Shown here piece after piece: positions 24,041-37,400 of a DNA stretch of 47,952 bases. The notes beneath the pieces were generated by a model that worked only from the letters and a program-made list of their open reading frames with translations, searched no databases and was not told the origin of the DNA. Position numbers and translations under genes: made by a program. The stretch comes from Octopus bimaculoides (taxonomy: Eukaryota). Position 1 is the stretch's first letter, and each line of letters starts with the position of its first letter. The DNA is taken from assembly GCF_001194135.2 (NCBI RefSeq), contig NC_068982.1, positions 98,595,085 to 98,643,036 of the forward strand, given 5' to 3'.

Positions 24041-25164
24041 TATAATTTGTTTATAATTTTGTTTAAATATCAATTCTTACTAGATTTCCTTGTTATTTTC
24101 TTTATTCTCAGCATGATTCCATGGCGTATGGCCTTCCAGAGTCAAAATCCTCTCCCGATTGCGACATGACTTTTCTCAAATGTTAGCAGTATCGCTGACT
24201 TTCTCAGACGTTGAAATTAGTGGTTTCCATTCGACGAGTGATTACCTCTAACTCGACAGAGCCTCCAATAAACTGTGCCATATATTTATATCTTAACTTA
24301 CGATCACAACCTGAGATATTTTGAGAAGGAATGAAACTATGTGATAGTCATGCCTTTTCTTAAAGTACTTTAACTCTGTATGAGAAGTCAAATTTCTTGC
24401 AATACCTGTTTTTCAAAATGCAAACTCATTATTGATAAATATAAAGTTCGCTATCTTTTTGACAAGATCTTAATATGCCACAGCTACACACATGATTGAT
24501 GTTCTTGTTGTTAAGCTCTTACTCATCCCTGAGCAAGCAGACATGGGATTCTGGCCATGCCCATTCCATCACCTGTTTCAGACATTCTGTATCCAGGATT
24601 ATATTATCTTTGCAAAATAGCAAGAATAGGTTTGAGAACGTTTTGGCTGTTATTTCTTGCATATAGAAAGATCATATGGGTTTTCCTTGACGTATTTCGT
24701 CCCATGGTTGATATACCTGTAATTTTCATGGATCACGTACAAACAATCCATTTTCCAAAGGACTTAAAGAAAGGCTGAAAAAAATTAATAGATACTAGAA
24801 TGTGAATGTTGCCGAAAGACTGACCATAAATCTTCACTGATTCATAATTATAATAACTAGCGGAACCCATGAATATTTCACGGAATTAATGGTAAATTTA
24901 TTGAGTTATCTCTGAAAGTTTTGTCCAAAAAACCTGAAAAAGTAGCCTGTGTTGTGTCTATATCAAAAGATAGTCGTTCATCTAATCATTGAAAAGTGAA
25001 GGAAACAAGAAAACGATGATTACTTAACGCACTTTATATTTTCACTTTATGTACTTTATGCACAATTTTATAGACTTAATACACAGCACTCTCCCTCTTT
25101 CTCTCTCACTCTTCACCTTTCTCTCTTTATCTCTCTCATTTTTATTTCGCTCTTCGCCTTTTCC

Positions 25165-25350
25165 TTCAGCTAATCACGTGAAAGCGTTACAGACGGGCTA
25201 AGCAACAGAGGAAAAAATACTTCAGAAAAGATTACACATTTCACTCACCACTACCACCTCTTCCTTCCTTCACCCTCCCCTCCCATCCTCATCTCATCTC
25301 CCCTTCAACTAATCACGTGGAAGCATTACGGACGGCCTAAGTAACGGGAT
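25165..25350 (+). repeat. Two ~45-bp direct repeats, each preceded by a pyrimidine tract
   Basis: CTAATCACGTGAAAGCGTTACAGACGGGCTAAGCAAC at 25170 and CTAATCACGTGGAAGCATTACGGACGGCCTAAGTAAC at 25309; period 139. Confidence 0.85.
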
Positions 25351-25960
25351 GGCAAGCAGAATTATTATAAGATTCTTTGAACTAGGCACCTTTTCGAGTA
25401 AAAGACTGAAAAGATATAATGTTCATAACTCATCGAAATGCATTACATTAGAATCCTAAGTGAAATTAAATGGTTTCAACCAAAAATTGGAACCACTTCA
25501 CTTGAAACTTACTTATTTTCGTGGTGCTCTCAACCCAGTGGTACCGTGTATAATCAAAACTCTTCTGCAGAATCGGTACAAATGTGATAAAATTTCTTTG
25601 CCTTCTGATTTGAATTCCCACCGAAGTTAATTTTGTGTTTAATCCTTCTGAGAGTCGAAAAAATAAGTAGCAGTCAGTTTCTGAGATCAAATGCTTCATC
25701 TCAAAAATGCCTGCCTTTATGCCTATGTTAGATACCATTATTATTAATATTGGTATTGAGAAGGTGGAGTTTTAGAAATAGTAGGTTGCTGGATGAAATG
25801 CTTTCAGGCACTTAGGCACATACCATTACGTTCTAAGTGAAAATGGATTATATATTTTATCCTATAGGGCGATAAAATAAGTATCAGTCAAGTACCAAGA
25901 TATATACATTAATTATACCATTTCTTCGCTAATATGTATCCAGTTGAATTATAAAAATAT

Positions 25961-26172
25961 TGGTTTCAAATTTTGGCACAGGACCAGCAATTTCGTAGGA
26001 AGGGGCTAGTCGATTACATTGGGTCCAGTGTTTAACTGGTATTTATTTTATCGACCCCGAGAAGATGAAAGACAAAGTCGACCCCGGCAGCATTTATATG
26101 CAGAATGTAAGGTCGGAAGAAACGCTACTACACATTTTGTCCAATGCATTAATGATTCTGGCAGCCCACCGC
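25961..26172 (-). mobile_element. tRNA-derived SINE family A
   Basis: GGTTTCAAATTTTGGCACAGGACC...TTTTATCGACCCCGAGAAGATGAAAGACAAAGTCGACC...GATTCTGGCAGCCCACCGC. Confidence 0.88.
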
Positions 26173-26189
26173 AATTGAACTTCTGTTAA

Positions 26190-26381
26190 AGAAATGACAG
26201 TCGATGTCTTGCAAACAACTCGCACGTGCAAGTGCTACCAATCGAGAACTCCGCATACCGGAAACCAGCAAGTGTATGGGGTCACCAGGAGAGAATGCGC
26301 GCCATTTCAGGGCCTACTTCTCGATGGCATCAATGCGCACCGCCCCCCCCCCCTCACTGATCTGAGGCCCCGCTTGCTAGT
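26190..26381. promoter_or_regulatory. GC/CpG-rich island with promoter-like motifs (or small Helitron-like element)
   Basis: CACGTG 26223-28, CCAAT 26238-42, CCGGAA 26258-63, CGCCATTT 26300-07, C-run 26343-53; ends CTAG-T at about 26377-81. Confidence 0.3.
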
Positions 26382-29080
26382 TCAACTGGTTATTAAAAAC
26401 AAAGCTCATATCAAAAGTTAAGCAGAATCACAGACTGGTTGATTCCTTTTGAAACGATTTCTAATAGCGGAGGCAATCGTTCTGCTTTCAATTACAAGGA
26501 TGGGGATAGTTAACTACATGTGTGTGAGCATTTTAACAGCAGCAGCTAGGGTAGCGAGTACTTTTACCATTACTTGTGTGGAAAACAGAATTAAATCGTT
26601 TTCTGCAATCAAGTCATTTTGTCACAAAATTTCGACAATGTTTCCTTACTTCAGACAACCAAGCTTTAATTATGACAAGTTGCTCGACACGTTTCTAAAC
26701 AATCTTTCTTTCTCCTTGCCTTTGTATTCCTTTATTGCTATTTTGAACACGTAGTGTTCTTTGAAGAATCAGTCGAGACAGTTTATTTTAAGTTTATACA
26801 TAATGTTTAAGCAAGAAATCGGTTTTCACTTTTCTGTCAATTTAGTGTTTCCATTCCGGGCTACAAGATTTGTCATTGGTATTTAAATGGACATTAGAAT
26901 TTACTGTTTCAGCTGGCCTACAGTAGTTCTTTCAGATATACATATCAGTGACTTTTTGTAGAATGTCGATATCTTGTACTCTTAGGTCTGTCTATGGTTC
27001 TAGGTCTCTCTACAGGGCTACAGCTTTCACACAGCTTTAGTAAAAAATTTGAAGTTAATTGTGTACGTTTTACTGTTGATGTTGACACAGTGTAAAGCTA
27101 CTATGATGCATTCTTTTTGAAATCCTTTTTACACATCGCAGAACTTTATACCAAAAAGATTTAAAGTTTTTCCTATGAAAGAGCATCTTTTCACATAGCT
27201 ATTCTTTCACTTTATCTTTCGGCATACATCTTGTATACTAGAAGGGATTCTGTGCTTAATGCTAGCCCCATTGAAGTTTTCTTTCTTTTTCTCTTTTTCC
27301 GATAACAAAATTTTTCGCTCAGCCTCATGGATTCGTGTTTGAAAGTGACTAATTTCCTCTCAAAAGTTTGGTGTACAGAATCTCTCTACGTTTTACTTAT
27401 TTTTCCCCTAGGATGTAGTTTATGTGTTGCGAACTTACTGTTCACCTTACACCTTACGACGGTATTTAAGTGTCTGAATTCAGTGGCGCAGGTTGTTGAT
27501 ATTTTCTTCTAGTTTTGTTATCCATTTAGGTTGCTTCCATTATTTCATTACCATGTACACTGCAGATATCTCCTAGGTGTTCTTCTTGAGTGATAGCAGC
27601 TGTATACAAGAAAGTATTATTGATTATCTAATACTTTTGTTACATATTTTCATATATGTTTCCAGCGATATCGTAAATAACTTTCAACTTTCAGAATGGT
27701 TGTATTTTCTTTTTTCTTTTTGGTGGCGTTTTTTTTTTCCGCTGCTGTTTTTTAAACACGACACTCAGGAAATGGAAAAAAATTATTTTCCAAGTGTGGT
27801 TTTAAGTCGTTTTTGAGCTGTACAAATTCTACAGTCAGATATATCGAGTTGGTTTTATGAGACCTGCAGGTGTTGAGTGACAGTGATACTGATGGCGATG
27901 AAGTCGATGGCTGGTTTACCGTTTATTTGCTCTCTTCTACAGAGTGGTTTTGATTCTCTTCAGAAAATAAGAGTAACAACACAGGAGTTAGAAAAACAAT
28001 TGTTGTCTGTGATAGCCATTTCCGAGCAACGAAAGCTGTTTGCTGTCGAAGCTGTGAAATGCTTATGTTTGGGTTGATTATGTCGCAATAATTTTTCAAC
28101 GTTTTTACGTTGCCTGTAGAAGGATTTTCACGGGCTGTTTTATAGCACAAGAATAATTCTCGATTTAAATGGGAAGAAAGGTGAAGCTAGAAGAATACTT
28201 ATGCCATTTTAGATTTGGTAGTACTCTTGGTGTCGGTACTGGTGGTATTGCTATCAGTGTATGAATGTATATGTGTGCATCTAGGTATGTATATAAACAT
28301 AAATATTTATGTGTTCGTATTTACATGTCTATTCATATGTAAATGTATTCACTACAAGCTAAATCCCTTATCTTCAGTTCTATTAATGAACCATAATTGT
28401 AATTTCTTAATTAAGAGTATCCTTTTTAATTTTGTGAAACCTAGTTCCCCAGGATTGGAAATTGAAGCAGGTAGTTATGTAGCCAAGTGTACGTACAAGC
28501 GTAGGTAAAAATTTAAATCTGTAGTTGACAGAGTATATTCAGATTTCTCATTAGATCACTAAGATATACTCTTTTATCTTTATCATAATAACTTCCACTG
28601 AACAAATGTTTTCTACGGTAATACTCTCTTATTTCTCTGATTCTGATCACTATATCTAGTCAGTTTACTTTCCAGCAATAGTCTTTCATATAAGTATGCT
28701 CTCTATTTCATTGTAACTTCATATATTTTGACTTCTAAGATACTCACTCTTTCTACGAATTCTATATTATTTGATACACAAATCATACAAGAGGAGGCTA
28801 CAACCACAGGCCATAGTTGCTTTCGTGCTTATCACGAACAGATTCGTTTCATTGTTCTTTTTTGTTTTAGCCACAGGTATTAGAGTCCGAGGAATAACAC
28901 CAAAAAGCCGATTACTTTCGCCAACAAGGAACCAACCTACAATTTGCTTCATTGTTTCTTTTTCACTTCCACCTTTTCTGTGCTCGATGTATTCCGTTTA
29001 ATTATATATTTTGGACTGACTTTTTATCATAGCGTCCCCTAAATACCTGTTAGCATAAACTTTAGCTTTTCCTCGTTTGT

Positions 29081-29458
29081 CTTTTATATTTTACTGTTTC
29101 AGTCATTTGACTGCAGCTATGCTAGGGCACCGCCTTAAAAGGTTTTTATGGAACAAATCAACCCCATGACATTTTCTTAAGCCTAGTACTTATTCTATCG
29201 GTCCAATTTTCTGAACCGCTAAGTTACGGGGACGTAAACACATCAACATCGGTTGTCAAGTAGCGTTGTTGTTGGTGACAGTGGTGGTGGATAAACATAG
29301 ATACAAAGATACGCACACATAGATATATACATATACATATATACGACTGGCTTCTTTCAGCTTCCGTCTACCAAATCCACTAACAAGGTTTTGCCCATGG
29401 TGCCACTCGGAACCATGTGTTTGAAAAGCAAGCTTCTTACCACAGAGCCACGCCTGCT
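29081..29458 (-). mobile_element. tRNA-derived SINE family B
   Basis: TCAGTCATTTGACTGCAGCTATGCTAGGGCACCGCC...AAGTTACGGGGACGTAAACAC...CTTCTTACCACAGAGCCACGCC. Confidence 0.9.
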
Positions 29459-30133
29459 TCTATTAGATTTTTTTTTTGTATTTCTTTTTCTCCTCACAAG
29501 TGTACTTATATCCACTTCTGTTTTGGCTGTCTTGAAAATAGAAAAATAGTGATTTATTTTGTTGATGTTTTGTAGCTATTTATATTAATTTTCGATTATT
29601 CTTAACTAGGTATTTTCTGTGACCCTGCAGTAACTATTTTATAATAGTTTTCTTGTTATCCAAGGCTCTTACCTTTCTGTATTGGTGGAAAATATAACCT
29701 TAAGCAAACTGACACAGTTGTAAATATTTGCCAAGGGAAAATTCAAACTTAATTGCGTTTGATAAAAGCAAATGGCAGCCATTACCGAAATCAAGATTCA
29801 CGGAATGCAAGAATCCATGCCCACGTTCGATAACTGCGCGTAAAGGCAATTTTTGGCCAGCCTAGATTGAGAGACGGACTTTTTAGGAAATGTTCAAATC
29901 TAGAGGTGCAAATAATTTTTGTGAACCCAGAGAATAAGTAGGTGAGTCTCGACGTAAGTAGCAGCAAATACCACTGCCTTTAAAGTAATATCTGTTGCTA
30001 CCAAACTAGGACATGGAAGGTGGGAACGTTCTTTAATACTCGATGAGAGTGGAATTGAATTTTAGACACATGTGAAGATTTTGTAGCGTTAGCCAATAAA
30101 AGAGATGGGTGTAAAAGCCTCGTAAACCTTCTT

Positions 30134-30192
30134 AGATATTATTATTATTATGGTTATTATTATTATGGTTATCATCATCATAATCATCATCG

Positions 30193-30238
<46 letters not shown>

Positions 30239-30281
30239 CATTATTATTATTGTTCTCATTATTATCATTATTATTATTATT
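30134..30281. repeat. (ATT)n/(ATC)n microsatellite
   Basis: Read directly. Confidence 0.95.
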
Positions 30282-30597
30282 GAGTGAGAGAGCAGTACAT
30301 ACCATCAAAGTGACACTGAGGTAAAATATACGAAGCCCAGTATACCCATCATGACTACCCGTCTGATAAGGGTACACTAGGCACATGCGTCACAACCATA
30401 TGTACGCGACATGGTGATCTTATACCACGACAAACAGCGCATGGCTTTGCAGGTGGGATGGGGCCCAGTTAGAATTTTCTTCAGGTTGAGTAGCCCATCC
30501 CGCACAAAAGGTCCCTGGATAAGGGTTGTTTAAGGATGTTGAACGAAACACCCATGTTTCCAGAGGTGAATTATCCAAACCTCAAAGAATTCCTCTC
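30282..30597 (+). mobile_element. Interspersed repeat family F, left terminus present, right part truncated
   Basis: Begins GAGTGAGAGAGCAG immediately after (ATT)n; homologous to 16185-16395. Confidence 0.85.
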
Positions 30598-30915
30598 TTA
30601 GGATTTTTTTTCTGCAGGTCGACAACACGAGTCTTAATTCCATTCTTTTTCAGTCTTTCAGAATTTTGAGCGGTGTGCCAAGTGCACCAGATGCTACAGG
30701 AATAGTTGTTGTCTTGGTCTTCTACAATCTTTTCAGCTCCCTAGCTAAATCTTGGTATTTCTCAATTGTTTTCAATTTCTTTGGTATCAACTCTACTATC
30801 ATAGGGAACTCCAAAACCTATAATCTTACACTGTTTATTTTGTCCTCAATCATTAAATTTGGTCTTCTTGCTTCAATAGTAGGGTCAGACTTTATGAGGA
30901 AGTCCCACAAGATCC
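30598..30915 (-). mobile_element. R4/Dong-type RLE pseudogene fragment (lineage distinct from the 16.6-kb copy)
   Basis: RILWDFLIKSDPTIEARRPNLMIEDKIN/CKIIGFGVPYDSRVDTKE/IEKYQDLARELKRL*KTKTTTIPVASGALGTPLKI...TRVVDLQK. Confidence 0.88.
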
Positions 30916-31012
30916 TTATTAAAAAATGAAAACAAAGTGAAGAGTTGAAGAATGGTTAGCGGCTGTCGTATCGCCGAGCCTGTGGAAGATACTATTATCA
31001 TCACAAGTAAAA

Positions 31013-31216
31013 ATTTCAAAGTTTGACACAAGGCCAGAAATTTCGGCGGCGGGGAGTATCAGTCAATTACATTGACACCAGTGTTTTACTGGTACTTATT
31101 TTATCGACCTCGAAAGGATAAAAGGTGGCGGAATTTGAACTCATAACGTAAAGGCGGACGAAATGCTGAAAAGCATTTTGCCCGGCGTGCAAAGAATTAT
31201 GGCAGCTTGCCGTCCT
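31013..31216 (-). mobile_element. tRNA-derived SINE family A
   Basis: CTGGTACTTATTTTATCGACCTCGAAAGG...GGAATTTGAACTCATAACGTAAAGGCGGACGAAATGC...GGCAGCTTGCCGTCC. Confidence 0.9.
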
Positions 31217-31419
31217 CATTACCACCACTAATAATAATAGAAACAATGACGAGAGTGTCGAAAGAACTAGTGGGTAACAGGCAAATACTGGATATGAGCC
31301 AGCATCTGTAAAGGAAAAGAATACAACTGAATGGAAGTATCCCAAAAGAAGGGTATCTTTTTCTTGAAGATTTTGTACAAGAAAGTGACTACCACCTTTA
31401 AAAAAAAAACAATAATGAA

Positions 31420-32200
31420 AGCTTCTATGTGCCACTGAAAGAGGTGTTAGGATCCCTGATGGATGTCTTGTAGGATGTGCATTCACCTTACTGGGGAAAA
31501 CCAGAGGGAAGTGTATATATGGAGCTCAAGGCTGAGGTTAAGGCAAGCAAAGGTCGTGTGTTACAATCGGACCACGCATTTGGACCTTTAGTTTATGAGC
31601 AAGAGAAATGCGAGGCATAAGTTCTGATGTGGTCATTTGACTCGTTATCATTGTCGCTGAACTATAGTTTAGGTGATGAGCTTGAATATGACACAAAAGC
31701 ATGTGACCGAGTGGAAAGGTCTGCATAGACATCCATAGACATCCAAGTACTGATGATCCAAGTACTGACATCCAAGTACTGATGATCCTTGATAACCACA
31801 ACATCATTTGGAACGTTGCAAGAGCAGAAAGTCAGCCAGTCAGTGAAACGATGCCAGTTTTCCATCAACAACTAACAGAGCACGCTCCATGGGACATGGA
31901 AGGATTTGGACAAAGACAAAGGCGATCACGTTTGACTTCAGAAGAGCGAAGAGTGAGAGGACCAATCATTGAATTCTGCTTGTAGGTGGTAATCGGTCAA
32001 TGGCAAAGAGTACCTGAAGTCGTGGGATTCATAAAAGTCAACAAGTTCTCTCTCAGTGATTGTTTTCCACCCTTCTGTGTGTTGGTATTTTTGTTTGAAT
32101 GCAGTCTACTCTGTTTACTCTATATGTACTCCATTCTCTATATGTACTCTATATATTTTGTAACCCTTCAGTATGACAAATTTTGTAATAAATGAGAGGA
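31420..32200 (+). mobile_element. Possible L1/Tx1 ORF2 3' end (zf-RVT/CCHC-like) plus 3' UTR
   Basis: EWKGLH...NHNIIWNVARAESQPVSETMPVFHQQLTEHAPWD resembles the decayed W..W...LPT...C..C...E..H..W.C end of L1-clade ORF2; T-rich UTR and AATAAA near 32187. Confidence 0.35.
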
Positions 32201-32842
32201 TATGAAGCAGTAAAGAAATCATTATCATTAATTAAAATAATTATATTATTTAATGTACTTTTGTTTTGTTCTTTTCTTTTTTTTTTCACTATATTTTTAT
32301 TCTGGTCGGATAGCTCATTTAAAATAGTTCTTGCAGTTTGAATGAGAGAAAATAATATCAGGCAGCATATGCTTCCAGTTAAGATGAATATCTTTTAGTA
32401 GATCCTCCATCCACATAAACTAATGTCTATTTCGTATCAATGATCAACGACCAATAGTGACGATCTCTCAAGGGAATCGAGGCGTTCCACCCGAGAACCT
32501 CATGTGTATAATCTAATCCGGACATATTCTCACTACAAATATTTTGCATTTATAAGATTTGAAGATAATCTTGCTGCTGCATGTCGTTCTATATATGTAA
32601 TAAAATAGAGCCAGAACATTTTATATATACATATCCATCAATAAGTAAAACTCTTCACGAAATGTGTCCATTTTGTTTCTCATGTACATCTTCTACGTTA
32701 CTTTATTAGTATAGACTGCATGCTATCGTCGGAAGATATCGGTGTTAATGAGTCGTCAAAATCTATAAAAATCAAAAACAAATTGTATGAAAGGACATTA
32801 AACATTCACTATATTCACGCATAAAATCATTTATTTGTTAAG

Positions 32843-33010
32843 TATTGAGCAGAATTATAATGAATGATATTCCGGCCATGGCCATCCGTATTTTCATTTT
32901 TTTTTCTGTTTTCAGAATCCGTGAATTCGTTATTCTATGTCCTTCCTCTTTTAAAACGACAGGGTGTGATTTAAAGGACACTTAATTGTTATTTGTTGCA
33001 GTTAGGTGTG
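32843..33010 (-). repeat. Interspersed repeat family E (diverged)
   Basis: Reverse complement aligns with 46770-46930 (AAATCACACCCT; ATGGYCATGRCCRGAAT...CTGCTYAATA); partial plus-strand copy at 20525-20610. Confidence 0.6.
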
Positions 33011-34965
33011 AATTACAACTAAATTAGGAACCGTGAAATCACATCTAGCTAATTCAATGAATCTTTAAATGAGCAAATTCATCGTTAGGCAGCTTAAAAA
33101 TTACTGTCAAGACTAAAACTTGTTCACATGAATTATAGAAACATCATCAATGAGTGGTTTCAAATTTGGATGTAAGTAAAATTTCACCTATGGGCAAGGG
33201 TTTTTTTTACCTCTTGTGTAGGGACTCTCTCAGTACTAGCATATTTAGATGGCAAGCAAGTCGAAAACGTTGGCACACTGACTTCAGTCGTCCGTTCGCA
33301 CTTTCACCACTTTGCAGCTGCATGCATCGCCGTTGGGTGCATCAGGCAGCTGTTGAATGCTGTTTAGTTGATTACAACCAGCGTCGTGTGCGTGTCCATT
33401 TAATTATTTCTTTAGTTGTTGGCCAGCCTAAATAATCTCTGAGCATAATTATGATTCAGTAGCTTATTAAAGCAAATTTGTTGATCGCTATGATGGTTCC
33501 ATCTTTATTAGCAAGCATGTCTTTTTAAAATTTAGGATTTAAGTATTCTATCCTCTCTTTAATGACGTTCAAAGAGATTTAACTGCTGCCTTCAGTAGAC
33601 TGTGCGTCTAAGTTGAAACTACAACCGTGATTGTTAAGCTTTCTACTAAAATGTATATATGAACTATTTGTTGACTATGATTTTAGACAATTTCAAAATT
33701 GGGTTAACGATTGATATACAAATTTTATGGGGAATATTTGAATGGTACATAAGGAGAAATTACAGTAATAGCTTGCTTCTACAATATGACCTACATTTCT
33801 ATAATAAAAAAGACATGACGTGATTGTTTTAGGAAGAGTAATATAGACTTAAAGGCTTAACTTTTACAGTAAAACTTACTGATATAGGTTATCGACAGCA
33901 GAAACGTGAAATTACGCAGTAACTGTGATGGTTTTTCGATACTATTAACTTCATTGAAATTATCTATCTCCGGTAACGGATCTCATTATTAACAGAGAAC
34001 TAGCAATAAATAGATACTATTGGATATCTTCAAAAGCGACTACCAGTTCGTATGATAATTCAGAATCAGTCAAAATGGACAATGGCATGAAACAGGTGGA
34101 TGACTCTTTTGAATTGCATAATTTTACAAAGTGGATTATTTGTCCTCCCAATAAAGGAAAAGAATAATTGACTCTAAATATCGTCTTCTAGAACTTCCTA
34201 CAAAGCATGTATATGTATATAATTTACTATTACTGAAAACTAATATTATTCTATGGCCATAATCAGACGTAAATGTTCGCATGTTAGTTTTGGAAGCTAA
34301 GGTGATATCAACTGAAGTGCGAATATCTTTTGTAATCAACTAAAAGACACCTACTGTTTATGTAGAGTTTAAGTCTCCAATAACATTGACAGTTTCGTTG
34401 TATCCAAATCATACATAAGCTATATTATCCGCCATTGATAAATTTACCTTCAATAATTCACACACACACGCACACTAATCGCCTTGTTTGTAACTAACGA
34501 CCAAAATCTATTATCAAGGTTCGATATCAATTTAAGGTAGCACTTAGTTTTGTTGTTGCTGCTATGAGATTAATATAGTTTTGTGATAACTGTAACAGCT
34601 GTATCTGTCATTGAATTAATGAATGCATTCTTTATTCCAAGGATTGGATATGCAGAAGCTCTACGTATAAGCTATAACGTCCGCTGGATACAAACACGGG
34701 TTCCCCGACAAGAATGAGACTCTATACTGACTACTGAACCTATGACTTACTTCTGAAAGCTCGATCAGCTACCTTTGTGCAAAAATCTGTGGGTCATAGC
34801 GGTACTCCGATCATTAATAAAAGATAATATAACTGTTTCAACTTGCTCGGTTATAGACGCGACTTTTCAGTCTAGCTTCAACCGATATGTTGGAGTACTT
34901 ATATATCGCCTAACTCATTTATTCATCAAATTCAAATACGTCCAGACATGTGAAAAATATCATCT

Positions 34966-34990
34966 GTTATTATTATTATTATTATTATTA

Positions 34991-35053
<63 letters not shown>
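34966..35053. repeat. (TTA)n microsatellite
   Basis: Read directly. Confidence 0.97.
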
Positions 35054-35054
<1 letters not shown>

Positions 35055-35979
35055 GCCAGAACATGCTAATTAAGTTCGCAGGGATTTCATCTTGAGGTTT
35101 GGTGACAGCGAGTCTCTTCGAATCTAAAATTCCAGTTATTCTAGTATGAAACTTCTTTCCTCAGCTTTTACAAAATTAAATGGAATATTTATCTTCTCTA
35201 AATTATCTCATTCACCTTTAACTATCTGACCACTTCATTGCTTGCTTTCACTCTCCGAAACAATCATACTCAAAGTCTTGAACCATTCTGAATTTCTTTG
35301 ATATCTCAATTTTATCATTTTCTAATCATTTTTTTTTTTTTTTTCATTTTTCATTCTAACATTTGATCATGTGGCCATTATGATAGAAGGAGGTGTGTGG
35401 ATCATATGTTGCGGCGCCATTTTTTTAGAAGTGTTGCGAGAGTAAAGGGAATATTATTTTTGACTGATACTTAACCTCTCGTTTCTCAAATCGTTACATA
35501 TGTGTAATACATTTGTTATTACTTTTCTTTCGTCTTTTTTACTTTGGCATTTTTCTTCTTTGAACCTCTTTCCTCCCCTTAATAGTCTAGCTTATATGTT
35601 TTTCTTCAATATCCATCACCCCTTACCTATATTTTCATATATGCCGATTAAACGAATGAATCTTCCCTAATCCTACATTACGCAACTCTTCTCCATCAAT
35701 TTTTGCTAACAAGCTTTGTTTCATCCGAATATTCCAAGACAAAAAGCACCGACAGTCAAGAGTGATGATTCTTTTCTGCTATAGAAAAGTTATTCTTCGA
35801 ATGTCCAAACGCGCGCACGAAAATACGCACCCACACAGCATAATACACCACCCTCTATCTCTCCCTCTCTCATGCACAAACGCGTGTACGCGCGCACACA
35901 CACATTCCAGAATTTATCCAAAGGAAATGCAACGACTTTGTCTAAATACATTTAGAAATTAAAAGAAACAGAATGACCG

Positions 35980-37400
35980 CAAATTTGAACTAAAAAATGA
36001 TGAACTGCACAATATCACAAATAAATTTATTCTTGTATCTACTCCTATGCACGACAGGAAGCAACTATATATTCACACAATACATACATTCCTCTAATAG
36101 TGAGGAATGAGTTCATGTCACATTGCAGACTCCAAAATAGATTCATCGTAAAAAAATGGTCTTAACTTCAAACAGAATGAAGCATACATTAAACTCTCAC
36201 CCCATCCCCAACACACATACGAGAATAAGTTACATCCACGAGAATTAACCCATAAATAACCGATTAAATTAAGTGTACGGTACATGACGATTACACGAAT
36301 ATAAACAAACCTTTACCAAAATGCAAAGCAAAGAACACACATAAACAATCACACTGAATCAAGCACGAGGGAAAACAAAAGCTTTGACCAAAATATCGAC
36401 AGCTGCATACTCACCCACCCACAGAGATTACACATACACACATACAAACAAATTTAGAAACCTGCAATTCAAACAACACATGCTTTTCACTCAATTAAAC
36501 AAACAATTTTAATTTGCTTAATAAACAATATGAAAACCCTTCACACTGACCAAAATATATTCTCAAACATTTTAGTCATAACCAATCACCTATGGCATAC
36601 ACACACCAACAAAAATGAAAATCAGATGTTCTATACAAACACACCTAAATACTTATAATTTAAAAAACAAAACATAATCTTCCAATGAAACAAACAAACT
36701 AAAATCTTCAATTGATTTAACAAACACTTTCTACGAGTCACACCAAGACCATCACAAACTGCAAATAGCTACAATTAAACTCACCCACAAGCAAACAAAG
36801 TATCAAAAGTCCCTACTCTTGACCAAAACGATAATATTTACAAGCACAATTCGAAACAAAATCCCTGACCACAATACACACATTCATGTCTACAAAGACA
36901 TAAAAACCCGTCCAAAGAATTATGATTTAATAAACATAACCCCCAATGAATTGAACAAAAGAATCTTTAACTGGCCTAACACTTTCTATGTGTCGCACCA
37001 CGGTCACTTACCAGAAAATAACACATTAAATCCGTCCACTCACAAGTATATTGCAATTTCCTAAACGCGACCAAAACAGTAGCATTTACATATACAATAT
37101 GATAGAAAACAGAACTTTACCGAAAAAGAACATACTAAAACCAACAAATAGACAAATTAAGAATACGTCCTATCATCAACAATCACAAGAATAAGAAACA
37201 TTATGCCAGAAAAATAACCAATGAAGAGGTAGAAAAATAACAGCGAATCAGCTAACGCAAAGTGCAAATCAATGAACACCCATTAATATGAATATGCCAC
37301 AAAACCACGTTGTAATAGTTCAGGCCGGAAGTCTGCAGTGGCAGGAAACTTCAATCATGAGATAAACATTCAGTTTCAATAACCCATAAACTCTACATTT
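35980..37400 (+). mobile_element. A/C-skewed, very decayed LINE-like remnant
   Basis: Strong A+C strand bias over 1.4 kb without simple repeats; only weak endonuclease-like fragments, so no family can be assigned. Confidence 0.3.

Noticed and set aside
24100-24780. Coding-like minus-strand stretch (VMEWAWPESH)
   Set aside because: No recognisable domain and several stops; cannot be supported without a search.
29940-29958. Tandem donor-like GTGAGT/GTAAGT
   Set aside because: No convincing acceptor or open frame upstream.
31735-31790. CRISPR-like short repeats
   Set aside because: Adjacent 14-15-bp stutters with no unique spacers, in a eukaryotic context.
33315-33352. GC-rich hairpin (CAGCTGC-ATGCA...TGCAT-CAG-GCAGCTG) as a pre-miRNA
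   Set aside because: Only about 38 nt, bulged, and does not extend to precursor length.
35411-35425. YY1-like GCGGCGCCATTTT
   Set aside because: Isolated motif without surrounding CpG enrichment or other evidence.
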